From: Cyanidioschyzon merolae
Taxonomy: Eukaryota
Assembly (NCBI GenBank): GCA_000091205.1
Contig: AP006497.2
DNA length: 64,000 nt
Strand: one strand, 5' to 3'
Both the position numbers and the translations under genes were made by a program. The notes beneath the pieces were generated by a model. That model ran no database searches. It was given only the letters and a program-made list of their open reading frames with translations, and was not told where the DNA came from. This document shows positions 36,290-47,726 of this stretch, piece by piece (within the stretch, counting starts at the first letter, position 1; every line of letters begins with the position of its first letter).

Positions 36290-37555
36290 TCAGTGTGAGG
36301 CCATTTTACGAGCGACCAATTCACGTGTTGCTTGCACTTCAGCGGTTAGTTTCCTGGAGGTATCGTCGTTTTGCGTACGCGATATGGTCAAGCCATCTGC
36401 GAGCCGGCGACGTATTCGTACCAGCACCCGAACCAAGCCAGAAATTGCCATGACGAGTACGGCAACGATGAGCAAAGTACGCATCAGGCGGAGCAGCGCT
36501 CGCTGATGCCTCGCAGCGCCACGGCTGGTATGCCCAGCGACATGCTCACGCAAGCCGAGTTCCAAGGTGTAGAGCTTGCGCCACCATTTGCCCGTAACAT
36601 AAAGATTTCGTGGTCGATTCGCATCCCAGGCAATCCCATTGAGCACTGCATCCGGATGTACGGGGTGCACCGGTGACGGGCCCTGCGCTGTTCGCTCCAG
36701 TGCCAGCACCGACAGGTTCAGTTCACCGACAAACAGCGCATGACGCTGACGCTCCAGACCCGCGCAAATATCCATAACAACGATGTTGCTTGAAAGCCAG
36801 ATATTTGCCCATAATTCGGGGAAGCGTTCCGGCCGATTTGCAGCTGGTCTCATGACGACCTCCAGTTCGTTCAGAGACGAGACCTGCTCTCCCGAGCAGG
36901 GATGGTGTAACGCGGGAAAGCTCGTGAGCCATGCTAGTGTCCGGGGATGTCGCACTGTAATGATGCTCGATCCGTTGCTCATGAGGAAGCAAGCTGGCTC
37001 CTCATCTCGTCGAAGACAGTGCTCCGAGTCGGAGCAGGTCCATTGCCGCAACGCACCCGGGCAGGCTGCCAGGTGGTCCCAGTGGACTGCAGCGAGACCC
37101 CAGGCACCCGAGGGCCCGTACGGAATGTCCTGCCCAAAACGGTATCGGAGCTCCGTGCGATCGAAGGTTAGGGCACGTCCAGCGCTCAAGGTCAAGACGA
37201 CGATAGCATCGTCGAAGGCGCGGTATGCAGCACCTTCGGCAAAGAGGCTAGCAGGTTCCACACGCGCTGTCTGTAGGACGCGACCTGTTGGTAGTTCAAC
37301 GTGTTGCAGCCTCGAACGAAAACGAAGCCCGCTCGACTCGTATAATCGACTGCTATTGATGGGGTCAACGAAGAGACCCTGCGTAAACGTAGTCTCGTCG
37401 TGTGGGAGTGCGTTTAAGACGCGAAAGGGAATAGCGTGTTGAAGGTAGCAGACGCGCTGAGCGTCTGGCGCCCAGGCCCGGTGCAGCACCGCTCCAGAGA
37501 CGACAGCTACGGCACTTGCGATGAACAGAAAGAGCGTGTGGAGTGGTCTGTGCAT
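36290..37555 (-). CDS. Plant-type glutaminyl cyclase paralog 2 with N-terminal signal peptide and C-terminal transmembrane anchor plus charged tail
   Basis: N-terminus MHRPLHTLFLFIASAVAVVSGAV (signal-like), then NALPHDETTFTQGL hallmark motif and propeller blades (VLNGIAWDANRPRNLYVTGKWW). C-terminal LLRLMRTLLIVAVLVMAISGLV hydrophobic helix followed by RVLVRIRRRLADG... basic/coiled tail. Confidence 0.7.
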   Translation of the reverse strand: MHRPLHTLFLFIASAVAVVSGAVLHRAWAPDAQRVCYLQHAIPFRVLNALPHDETTFTQGLFVDPINSSRLYESSGLRFRSRLQHVELPTGRVLQTARVEPASLFAEGAAYRAFDDAIVVLTLSAGRALTFDRTELRYRFGQDIPYGPSGAWGLAAVHWDHLAACPGALRQWTCSDSEHCLRRDEEPACFLMSNGSSIITVRHPRTLAWLTSFPALHHPCSGEQVSSLNELEVVMRPAANRPERFPELWANIWLSSNIVVMDICAGLERQRHALFVGELNLSVLALERTAQGPSPVHPVHPDAVLNGIAWDANRPRNLYVTGKWWRKLYTLELGLREHVAGHTSRGAARHQRALLRLMRTLLIVAVLVMAISGLVRVLVRIRRRLADGLTISRTQNDDTSRKLTAEVQATRELVARKMASH

Positions 37556-37970
37556 GCTCCTCTTTGAATGCAGCTGTGCTCTTTTACGGCAGACGAAGCC
37601 GTGTTGTTCATACTACCGAACAGTGGAATCACTTCATCGGATCCAGTCGATGGCAGAGCTTGTTTGCCGCATGAAGCATTTGCAAAGCGAAGGCAGTTGC
37701 GCTTCGCATGCGGGTGCACTTGTTTTTCCTGGAGCTGTAAACCCCTGCGGGCTCTCATCAACGTACGGTGACGAGGTTGCACACATCCGGGAGACATTTG
37801 GGCAAGCGCCTGTTCTCGAGAAGAGGTGCTGGTTCTGAGGTAGCGCTCACCTGGTGTTTGGTGTCGCTATTCCGCTTTCCGAGACGGTGCTGTTGTGGAG
37901 CATCGTGCGCAGGTCTCCAGGCTTCTGTTCGGTGCTTGGTTTGGTAAGCGTAGCGAGAACAGGCCTCGTG

Positions 37971-38261
37971 ATGGCCCAGAAGCGCCACACGGTTGCACAG
38001 GACCGCGAAACGGCAAACGCTGGGCACGGTGAACCGCAGGATGAGGTTGCAGGTTCGACGTCTGATGCGTGCCAAGCTCTCTTCGACGCCTACATATCCT
38101 GTACACAGCGCTATTTGAGCAGAGGCGGCTTGATCAGAGACGAGTGTCGTCAGGAAGCGAGAGCCTATCGGGAGTGCATAGCGCACTATCTGGAACAGCA
38201 GCGAGCGACCTCGAGTGTCGGTAGAGTGCGGGCAGAACCGACGCGTTTCCAGGACTCGTGA
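37971..38261 (+). CDS. Twin Cx9C (CHCH-domain) small protein, mitochondrial intermembrane-space type (COX19/CMC-like)
   Basis: Two Cx9C pairs, C-QALFDAYIS-C and C-RQEARAYRE-C, separated by a short linker. Start taken as the first ATG (MAQKRH) inside the GTG-initiated ORF 37854..38261. Confidence 0.6.
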   Translation: MAQKRHTVAQDRETANAGHGEPQDEVAGSTSDACQALFDAYISCTQRYLSRGGLIRDECRQEARAYRECIAHYLEQQRATSSVGRVRAEPTRFQDS

Positions 38262-39234
38262 CGCGATACGACTCGAAAGCTACTGCGTAACAGGGCAAGT
38301 ACAGAAACGAGAAGCTGTCACTGCATCCTGTGACGTGGCGCTGTTCAGGGAGCACTGCAATCAAGTCGCTTTACCGAAACTGCTGTATAGCGATGGGGGT
38401 TCTCTCGAGGCCGCTTCGCTGCATCGTTGAAGGAATAGAAGCCCCGAGGAAATCGCTTTGACAGAGAAGTCATGTGAAAACGATTGCACCAGTGAAAGCA
38501 ACTGTTATTCCTGTGTTCTGATTACAACTGCTCAAAATGAAATGGAAGCGGAGTGCGGTGTCATATCATAAAAAATGTGATGCTGGCGCTAGTCGACATC
38601 CATCCAAGCAAGCGCCAACATTGGCCTTGGTTGGTCGTTCATGATACGCTGATACGTGTTCTTTGTTTTATTTCTTTTGAACAAGGTATCCGCTCTGCAG
38701 CGAGCTGCTGGGAAGCCGCTCGGGAAACGCTCATGACAGCCTAAAGTTCTGTGTTCGGATCAAGCGAAACCTCTAGTGCAATCATCTTCGCAATGAGACG
38801 CTTGTCGGCAGGGAGCAGATGTTTACAAAGCCTCCCGTTACAATCGTGCGTTTACGAGAAGCTGCAGCGATAGCCCTGGGGGCCTCCCAGCGTCAAGAGT
38901 CCGCGCAGCATCCTCGCACGACGGCCAAGCTGGCGGTATACTCAGGTCCGAGGTCAGCGATGCTTCCTGGGACGACATTCGCAGCCGCAGCGTCCCGTAC
39001 ACCGCAAAAAGGGTATGGTTGCGTCAGAGACCTGTTCGGGATAGATTCGCTCCCCGACATACGTTCAGCGGCAGTGCTTTCTTTTGCCGAAACGGCTATG
39101 CGATAAAGCAAGCCAGCGAGCGAAAAACCATGGATACCAGTCCAGTTCAGCGCGTTCCACTCGCGACGCTCGCACGACAAGTGCGGCAACTCGGACTGGT
39201 TTGGCACTGAGCACGATTCCAACTTTTCCGGTCG

Positions 39235-40785
39235 CTAGCGGCGAGGAATTGCCCCGCTTCGACCAGACATAAGCTGCTGCATGACGCGCTGGAGGCCACC
39301 CGGACCGCTTCCCAGTTGTTGGAGCATGCGTGGGTCCATCATTCTTTGCATCTGCTGCTCCATAGCGCCTATATTGGGTATGCTGTTTGGGCCGGTACCG
39401 TGGCCAACGCCGCCGTGCCCGGGCTGCATCAGGTGCTTCATATTCTTCCCGATACGACTCCATGCCTTGCTGATCAGTTTGTATTGTGTGAGAACCTCAT
39501 CAACCTCCTGCACAGAACGACCACTACCACGAGCAATGCGACGTTTGCGTGAATCATCCCACCGCACTGAAGTACTTTCATCAAGCTCTTCCCGATTCAT
39601 GGAATCGAGAATGACGAGCATATTCCGCACTCGAGTTTGAGCGTCCTTCTCGGAGCCTTTGGGCAGTATCTCCGCCATGCCCGGCATCATGGAGGCGACT
39701 TTGCTCAGCGGCCCAAGCCGCAGCACATTCGAGTACTGCATCTGCATATCGCGCAGCGTCAGGATGCCCTGTGAAATGCGATTCATTTGCTCCTCATCGG
39801 GATTCTCCAGATCTGCCTCCGCAATGGTCGACACGAGACCACGCACGTCTCCCATGCCTAAAAGGCGTCCGACAAAACTCTGTACCTGGAACTCTTCCAA
39901 GTCGTCTAGGTGTTCGCCAGTGCCCAGGAACACGATCGGTGAATGGGTAGCGGCCACTGCGCTGAGGGCACCACCGCCACGGGCGTGGCCGTCCATCTTG
40001 GTGAGGATGACGGAACCCACTCGAACGCGCTGTTGAAACGCTCGTGCCTGGTCGTAAGCTGCCTGACCGATGGAACCGTCCATCACGAATATCACGTGAT
40101 CTGGAGTCAGCGCTCGGTCCAATTGCTCCATTTCAGCGAAGAGGGCTGCCTCCTGCTTGTGCCGTCCACTCGTATCGACCAGAATGACTTCGAAGCCCTC
40201 GCGACGGAATCTTTCGACGCCCTCGCTCGCAACCTTGACAGCGTCGGTCTCACCGTAGCGCCCATAAAAAGGAACACGTGCACGTGTTGCATTCTGTCGC
40301 AGTTGGTCGAAGGCTCCCGCTCGAAAGGTATCGGCACAAACGAGGCCGGTGCGGTATCCCTTGCGCTTGTAAAAATAGGCTACTTTGACACAGCTGGTAG
40401 TCTTGCCGTTTCCCTGGAGACCGACGAACATGATGACGTTTGATTGGCCGCGTTGTGGTCTATAGGGCGGTATGCCTGGGTCCAGCATACGACATAGCTC
40501 CTCGAAGACGGTTTTGTGGATGAGGCGGCGACGATTGGTGCCCGGCGGGAGCTCGGCTAGTCGAACGCGGTTCTTCACGCGCTGGCGCAGCTCCGAGACC
40601 TGTTTTACGTTGACATCAGCCTCGAGAAGGGCACGTGCTACCTCTTTTAGAGCTGCTTCCAAAGCTGTTTCATCTACGACGACTTGGTTGGTTAGCGACT
40701 GCAGCGCCTTGACGATTTTGGTTCCAAGTGTTTCGAGAACCATGAAGCTGTGCAGGTGGCGCCGAACCGCAACAGCCTCCAGCAC
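39235..40785 (-). CDS. SRP54: Signal recognition particle 54-kDa subunit (SRP54; N, G and M domains)
   Basis: N-domain MVLETLGTKIVKALQSL, G-domain GLQGNGKTTSCVKVAYFY, DTSGRH, TKMDGHARGG, and Met-rich M domain (MMPGM..., QMQRMMDPRMLQQL). Confidence 0.9.
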   Translation of the reverse strand: MLEAVAVRRHLHSFMVLETLGTKIVKALQSLTNQVVVDETALEAALKEVARALLEADVNVKQVSELRQRVKNRVRLAELPPGTNRRRLIHKTVFEELCRMLDPGIPPYRPQRGQSNVIMFVGLQGNGKTTSCVKVAYFYKRKGYRTGLVCADTFRAGAFDQLRQNATRARVPFYGRYGETDAVKVASEGVERFRREGFEVILVDTSGRHKQEAALFAEMEQLDRALTPDHVIFVMDGSIGQAAYDQARAFQQRVRVGSVILTKMDGHARGGGALSAVAATHSPIVFLGTGEHLDDLEEFQVQSFVGRLLGMGDVRGLVSTIAEADLENPDEEQMNRISQGILTLRDMQMQYSNVLRLGPLSKVASMMPGMAEILPKGSEKDAQTRVRNMLVILDSMNREELDESTSVRWDDSRKRRIARGSGRSVQEVDEVLTQYKLISKAWSRIGKNMKHLMQPGHGGVGHGTGPNSIPNIGAMEQQMQRMMDPRMLQQLGSGPGGLQRVMQQLMSGRSGAIPRR

Positions 40786-43700
40786 TTACGGCCGTTTTTT
40801 GACCTTGGAAGGCGCACCCGCTCCAATAAAAAGTGCTGGAGGCAGCCGCTGTTCCTTGTGACAGGTGCGTGCGAAGCACCGCGTACCGCAAAAACGGAGC
40901 GTTCCCCGGTAAACGACTGACCAGGTTGAGGTTTCGGGTCTGGGTAGCTGCTGGGACGTAGCAGCGGGCCCCGGTGCGGCCTGCTGTTCAACTAGATGGG
41001 TGCGTTCATAGAATGAGCAAGTATATACTATGGTGTTCGGAAAGTATAGTTTAGTCGCAGGGGCGAACACGCCTCGCCGATCTGCGCGCCTTGCTGCCCC
41101 GCTGCGTTTGGCAGATGAGCATGGGATGCGACGCTGGTCACTCGGTTCCCGAATTTCGAGTTGTTCCACCAGCATGAGCACCGAGATGCAGACTCGATAT
41201 TCATAGAGTGGCAATCAAGGCTCACGAGCGCCCGGGTAGCTTTCGAATTCGCGGTCGTCGTTTCGGAGTGGATTCTGGGAGACGTTGCAGTTGGAATGCC
41301 TCATGGGAGCGGCATCAAAAAATGATTCGCGACACCTTTGAACAAGGGTTCGTCCAGTAACCGACTTCGCCATCCCGTTTGTACGTATACCGCTCCATGA
41401 TTCGCTTTTGCGTACGTATAGCATGCGCAAACCGCGCATTGTTCAAGTTGCAGGTCTTTTATTTCTAAGAAAACGCAAGGATGCAGCAATGCGCGCTGCT
41501 GCATTCACGAGGCGCGAAGCTCGTCGTCGTCCTTTGGCGACTTGTTCAGAAACGCATGCAGAAACTTCGTTGACCCGATCACGTTAAATACTCAATTCTA
41601 TTCGAAAGAAAAACGCTACTCCTTTCTTTGACCATCGACGCGAATGCAATCGGCGTCAACATGTTCTCGCTCATGGGACATGCTCCCAGAGGTTCGCGTC
41701 TCTTCTGTTTGCGTGGAAGTGGGTCTTGGGGTCGGACCTGATTTGCTGCAGCAATCGCCTGCAGTGGGGAGTGCGTCACTGCTTTGTACGAAGCGGTTTC
41801 GTCCGATCGAAAAGATTTCGATTGTTCTCCAGCCTGGATTCTCCTTCCTGTTCTTGTTTCATCATGGATAACATCGCCGCTCGCGAATTCTCTATCGAAT
41901 GTAAAAGCGTGCACTTGCATGTGAGCGAACAGAACACTCCCTGAGCGGATCGGCATGAAGAGGCCTCTGTTCGTGGTGTACGGCGTCAGGCGCGAAAACG
42001 GAGAAGAGCATCGGGACGACATTGTGTATCCGTCAAGGGCATGGACCGAGCAGTGCAGCAAGCATACGCGTGTGACGAGGCGGCGTTCAGAGGAGGAGAT
42101 GTGGGAGACCTACGGGAACACCTGGCAACGGACAGGTGCCATTGCTGCGACGGACATGCCCTGATCATATGCGAAGGAGACGATACCGGTTGGTGAATCG
42201 TCGATCGATCGCAACTTTCTGCTGTGTATGAACTGGGTAGAAAACAGTGGGAAGCAGCGTCATCGCGACATGAACGATGCCATCAGCATCCTTCGACCTC
42301 GTTCATCGGACCCGAGCTGGCGCGATAGACCTCGGTATGTGAAGCCGGATACCAGAGCGATGAAGTGGAAACATTTGCGGAAGAATCCCGTAAAGGCTGA
42401 CGTTGATCACAGTACGAAGAGACGCAAACTTGCGCGTGCACGCCAGAGTTCGCTACGTGGACTCCCGCCACCTTAGTCCAACACGGATATACTTGTTCAC
42501 GTCGCACAGTCCTATTACCCAACTGTATCTGCTTTCATGGTCGAGACTACCGGTCGCATACGACGCATCAGAGACCGTATCCCGCAGAACTGAAGATAGC
42601 GCTTGTGAGCGCCCGGGAAGTGTTTGCGCGCTCGACATCGCAACGCCACCGCGCGTTGCTCTGCGGTGAATCACCGAGTGTTGCGCATGATTCGATGTAT
42701 TGGGGGCAACATTGCTGACAACGTTCGCGTTAGCCTGTTGGTTTGTTGGGATACCTGCCCTCGACGCAACGAGCGCTTGCCGCAGAGCATTCAGTGTCTG
42801 CAAACCTCGCTCTATGGCACTGCTCTATGAAAAGTCCGCGACCTGGCGTTGGCTCGTGCAGCAGGCGCGACGCTCCACAGCAGGGTTGCTCCGAGTGAGC
42901 GGCGCCTTCATTGCGATAGGTATGGGCACTGGTGTTGCGATTTATGCTTTTAGTGAGTGGTTCTCCGGTGGTGCGGAAGTGCGCGCGGCAAACTACCGGG
43001 CAGCTATGCGTCACGACCCGGAGGCTAAGCGCTACGCCGACCACAGCCGGGACGCGCTGCGAGCACTTTTCGCCCAACGAGCGGACCAGCAGAATGTGGA
43101 GCCGGAGACGAGCTCTGAAAAGAGCTCCGTAGCGCTCCCGAAGATTCCCCGAGTGGCCTGGCACCCCAAGGCCGACCCCAAGCCGGACTCGTGTTCCTAG
43201 ACGACCACGGTCGCTGGTCGCTTCCCCGGGTCGGTTGGGTCCCGGGTGTCGCTCCTCTTCTTGAGTCGTGTTGCACACTCGGGTGCACCTCGCTCGATGC
43301 CCTCATACCACTCCGCCAAAACAGGCAGCCAAGTCGGAGACGCCAACATAGAGGCCTCGACGCTGTCGCCTTGGAGACCAGGGGTGTCTGCTGTTGCGGT
43401 TGGCGCTGAAAGGTTACTCGAGCCCTGGATAGAGCCCTGAGACGCACCTGCTTGCTCGCGAGGTGCCTCTCGGGGTGCTGGCCCCTGCCTCTGAGCTGGC
43501 TGGTCGGAGCGAGTCCGCCGTCGCCAACGAAACCAGCCCCCTGAACCCGTGCGTGCGGCGGGTGCTGTGGACCCTGAACCTGTCGCCTTTAACTCACACA
43601 GTGCCTGTTCACTGCAAAGCATCTCCGCCAATTGCCAAGCTCGCGTTTGAACCAACTGCCTGCGCGCCTCTGCTAGCTGCGACTCGCGGTGCTTAAAGTC

Positions 43701-45128
43701 TGCGATCTGTAACCGCAGGCGCTCTTTATCGTCCTCTAGCTGCGTTTTACGCTCTAAACCCTGCAATGCCACTGCGAGCGCTAAACCAGCACACCCCATA
43801 GCGATCCAGTCCCAACGAGGAGCCATGTTAGTGGCTCAGCAGCGGCCTGCTATCGAAGACACCGACGAAGAACGAAAACGGGGAAGCAGCGCCGACTGCC
43901 AGCATATCTGCACGGCGACCAGAACGGTTCTCAGAGACCGGTTCGATATTGACCGGGCGCGCACACTCATACGCTTCCTCGCCTAATACCTTCAGGGGTT
44001 TATCTAAACATCACTGGTACAGTTGATCATACGACCAGGAGTGTGCGCTCGCCCGAGTCCAGGAACCTGAAAGCGGGACGGGAACAGAACGTCGCCTCGT
44101 GGACAGCGTGGCGCTCTCTGGTGGTGCACTGGACCCAAGCACGCTTGGGTGTTCTTGTGAATAGTTTCAACCGGGGAAGTAGTAACTATTCTGGAATAAG
44201 AATGGAAACCCGTTGGAAAAGCGTCTTGTACACGTTCACGACACCAGTGGGTAGCGAGAGGACCTTCCCGGAACTTCCTCGCAGCTACCTAGCAGGTAGG
44301 TCGTCTGCGGGCACCTGTTTAGAAGAACCAGCGCAGCGAAGCCTGCTGAACGCAAAGTTCGCAAACTTGACGAGTTCTACGCGATGAATTTACAGTGTGT
44401 TTGCAAGGCGGCACGTAAGCGCAACGTTCGAGCACTTGATGGCGAACGGGGGTCGCTTTGCCGCTGCACCGACGATAAGACACCGTTTGAGCTGGTGTCA
44501 ATAACGACGACGGAGAAAAGCGCGTATATTCAAGGACGATTCTGCGAGGCGTGCACGTCGTCATGCATCCAATAGAAACAAGAGTTTATAGAGTGGAAAA
44601 AATGCTCGTTTTCTTGGTCCCTTGGACCCACGAACAGAAGCGCGTCGGTGGCTTTGGTAAACAATGTGCACGACATCGTCGTTCCCTGAACAGAATGCTT
44701 CGAAGCGTGCTTGCGTCATCACACAACGACTCTAGTCACGCCAACGAAGATGTCTGGAATCATCCTGCTCCTGTTTCTATGACGAGTGTTCCATTTCGAT
44801 GCTACGCTGAGCAAACAGACACACAGACGCTTGCACCCAAGCATTCGTCTACTATGGTGCGCGGATCCTAGGGTCTCTGCTGCACCAGCGTAGCAGCTAA
44901 GCGTTTCGTGAATCGAGCCGAAAGCTGCCCGCACCTAGCACACAGGCCAATGCGGAGATGCAGCCAGGCTCCTGGGGACAGCACCACGGGTCCAAGGCAC
45001 GCGACGACACCGCAGCGTGTTCCAGCGACCGAGAAGCTGCAGCAGTAGCGGGCATGGAGGTCAATGTGCTGCCATCCAGAAGCCAAGGTCTTTACACAGA
45101 CAGCCCTGCTGTAGTATCGAGGGCGCAC

Positions 45129-47726
45129 TCAAAATGGAGATTCTGCACCCGATAGGGACGAGACGGCGTACATGCCTTCCAAGTCGGAGGCGCTCCACGC
45201 ATCCATGTTGGCTTCGTCGTCCTCCGCCGAGAGACGCAGATATTCGAGTGCTGCGAAGCGATCCCAGTCCGTTAGGTCGGGGACTGCCCGCTCCTGTCTC
45301 AAGAGTGATGGATCTCGACTTTCGATCGCGATGAACTTGTTCAAGTTGAACAGGATATTGAAGAAATGGCTCTGCATGCGACTGGATCGTAAAGCTGAAC
45401 GCGTGATCACCGGTGGATCAAGATCCTTGCTGATCATGTCCAGCAACTGACAGAGAATATCCTCAAATGCAACTGGTTCGTGCCCCAGACACTCCATTCG
45501 ATGCAGTTGTTCTGAATAGAGCCAATCAACATCGTACAGGGTGATCTTTCCATCGCCGTCCGCATCAATGCAGCGAAACCAATAATCCAAGGCCGTCTCT
45601 GAATTCTTGTCTTCCTCGCTGAGGATAAACCAGATGAAATCCGTATAGCTCATGTAGCCTGGGCGTGCGCAGTCGAGAGGCCTTCCTCGTCCACTAAAGA
45701 TACAGTCAATGATCCGGTAGGTCAGGGCGTGCCCGTTGTAGCGCAGCAGATCCTCGCGGTCGATCATGAGATCATGATCTGTGTCCAATTCCCAGAATCG
45801 ACAGTAAATCACGTAGAAATGCTCGTAGCTGAAACAACTACGCTCCTGGTTGATGTCCTCTTGTTCGTCGACGCTTCGAAAAATGTCCAAGAGACGATGT
45901 CGGCGGATATCCGACAGATACGCCTGCCCATTCGGCCGGTTCAGATAGTAGAATATCCGTTCGATGACTGTCTCAGCGTAGCGATGCTGGAACTCTGGGG
46001 TGGACTGCAGAAACTGTAAGCCGGGATGCGTCGCCAGCAGCGCATCAATGAAGGGTCGAAAGTCGGAACCAACAAGGTATCGGCGCTCATGTGCTTGTCG
46101 GTCGGCTCGATCCCGTTGCCCGTCGAGATTCCGCCGATTCGATGTCCATGAAGCTGCTGCAGACCTGGGCGAGATGCTGCTTCTTGGTGAGGATACGCTG
46201 TGAGCGTCGCTCTCCGTACGCTCCTCGTTCGGAACCGATGCGTGATAGTCACGGGAGCGTTGGAGTGCGTGGAAGAGGCGAGCGTGTCGATCGTAGCCGG
46301 CACAGTCCTCAACATACCATTGCAAGAATATGGACTGATGGATACGCTCACCCGTTGCCCCCGGGATGCTGATCTCCTTTGCGCCCTTCTTGTTCGTACC
46401 TTCTACCTCCGAAGCTACGTTGGACGTTTCGAAGTGCTGTTGGCGTTGGAGCAAGCGCTCGAAAATGACCAGCGAGACAAAGCTCGGCAACCCGACAATG
46501 TCCATAATGAGTTCAACGACCTCGCGCTGGCTCAGTGCTCCGTCTTGGCAATCAAAAGCGGCCTGTATGGCCTGTTGTTCTTCTGCAGCCCGGATGACGT
46601 GTTCGTGCGCGCGCCCATCTGGATAGTAGAAGCGCGGGATCGTCTCCGCCTTTGCGAATGCGCACTCTGATGGTACAAAGAGCGCATTCACCGCTGAACG
46701 CTTGTTCAGACCTCCTGAATGGAGCGCATTTCGCTGGTGTGCTGTCTCCTCACATGCAGGTAATGGTGGCGAGAACGATGCTCCATTCTCAGTCGAAGAG
46801 CCATCGTGGCCTACTCCCGAGTCCATATATGATGCGATCTCATGGCAACGCTCCTCGGTATCGGATTGACCATGTGCCATCGCCGCATCGCTATCCTCAA
46901 CTTCGGACCAGATCCTAAAAACCTCATACTTTCTGATGAAATGTGATACTGGCGACTGTGGGCTCGACGTCAAAGAAGCTTCCTCTGTGGAGCTACTCCG
47001 TGAACGGCCTTGCCTTGCAACGCGTGCTTCGCCACCAGCGGGCGAGCCCGGAGTTTGGCTCAAGATGCGATAGAAGGCGCTGCGCGCCGCTCCGGCCGGG
47101 GAGTTTGGCGTAATGGTATCGGCATTCGTCGGACGCTTTGCGGTTGCCCCGTGCGATGCAGCATTACACGAAGCTGTCGGGCTCGAAAGTCGTTCCTGGC
47201 GGAGCATGGTAGGCTTCGGTGAACCAGCAGTCACAAGATCTTCGTCGGTCACCCTTCCCGTGACGTCCAGTTTCCCCAGGACCTGCTCCAACCAAGCGAG
47301 CGTTTCCGGGAGAAACAACCAACGCATAAAGAGGTACTCTAAGTGCCGTTTCGGCTCTAGCGCAATATCCGTGGCCGATAGCGTCACCAGCAGTTTTGGT
47401 GCGTCCATGGTGCCGGAAATCGCGTGCACACCGGACTCGTCGCCCCCGGTAACAAACACAGCTGTAACCTCTATACCAGACTCTATGGTCTGCTCAGAGG
47501 ACATTATTGAAGCGTTCCTACGTAGATCACTCGAGCTGCTGCAGCTCAGCGGAGTCAGGCCGGGGAGATGTGTGCCAAGCCTCACCCGCTTGCGTCTCAA
47601 GACACGAGGCGAGACTGGAACGCACCTTTCAACTTTACAACCATCGCCAGAAGCCGTTCGAAAGTCGAACGACGTCGGGCGTGTACAGTAGTGGCGGCGA
47701 ACGCGCCCTAGACAAATCGTCTCCAA
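45129..47726 (-). CDS. Protein phosphatase 2A regulatory subunit B-double-prime (PR72/PR130/TON2-type, EF-hand containing)
   Basis: Conserved B-double-prime core: FYYLNRPNGQAYLSDI, FWELDTDHDLMIDREDLLRY, EF-hand DADGDGKITLYDVDWLYSEQ, FEDILCQLLDMISK. The N-terminal about 500 aa are low-complexity and Ser-rich. The first codons overlap the end of Fanzor-like copy A, so the true start is probably downstream. Confidence 0.75.
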   Translation of the reverse strand: METICLGRVRRHYCTRPTSFDFRTASGDGCKVERCVPVSPRVLRRKRVRLGTHLPGLTPLSCSSSSDLRRNASIMSSEQTIESGIEVTAVFVTGGDESGVHAISGTMDAPKLLVTLSATDIALEPKRHLEYLFMRWLFLPETLAWLEQVLGKLDVTGRVTDEDLVTAGSPKPTMLRQERLSSPTASCNAASHGATAKRPTNADTITPNSPAGAARSAFYRILSQTPGSPAGGEARVARQGRSRSSSTEEASLTSSPQSPVSHFIRKYEVFRIWSEVEDSDAAMAHGQSDTEERCHEIASYMDSGVGHDGSSTENGASFSPPLPACEETAHQRNALHSGGLNKRSAVNALFVPSECAFAKAETIPRFYYPDGRAHEHVIRAAEEQQAIQAAFDCQDGALSQREVVELIMDIVGLPSFVSLVIFERLLQRQQHFETSNVASEVEGTNKKGAKEISIPGATGERIHQSIFLQWYVEDCAGYDRHARLFHALQRSRDYHASVPNEERTESDAHSVSSPRSSISPRSAAASWTSNRRNLDGQRDRADRQAHERRYLVGSDFRPFIDALLATHPGLQFLQSTPEFQHRYAETVIERIFYYLNRPNGQAYLSDIRRHRLLDIFRSVDEQEDINQERSCFSYEHFYVIYCRFWELDTDHDLMIDREDLLRYNGHALTYRIIDCIFSGRGRPLDCARPGYMSYTDFIWFILSEEDKNSETALDYWFRCIDADGDGKITLYDVDWLYSEQLHRMECLGHEPVAFEDILCQLLDMISKDLDPPVITRSALRSSRMQSHFFNILFNLNKFIAIESRDPSLLRQERAVPDLTDWDRFAALEYLRLSAEDDEANMDAWSASDLEGMYAVSSLSGAESPF

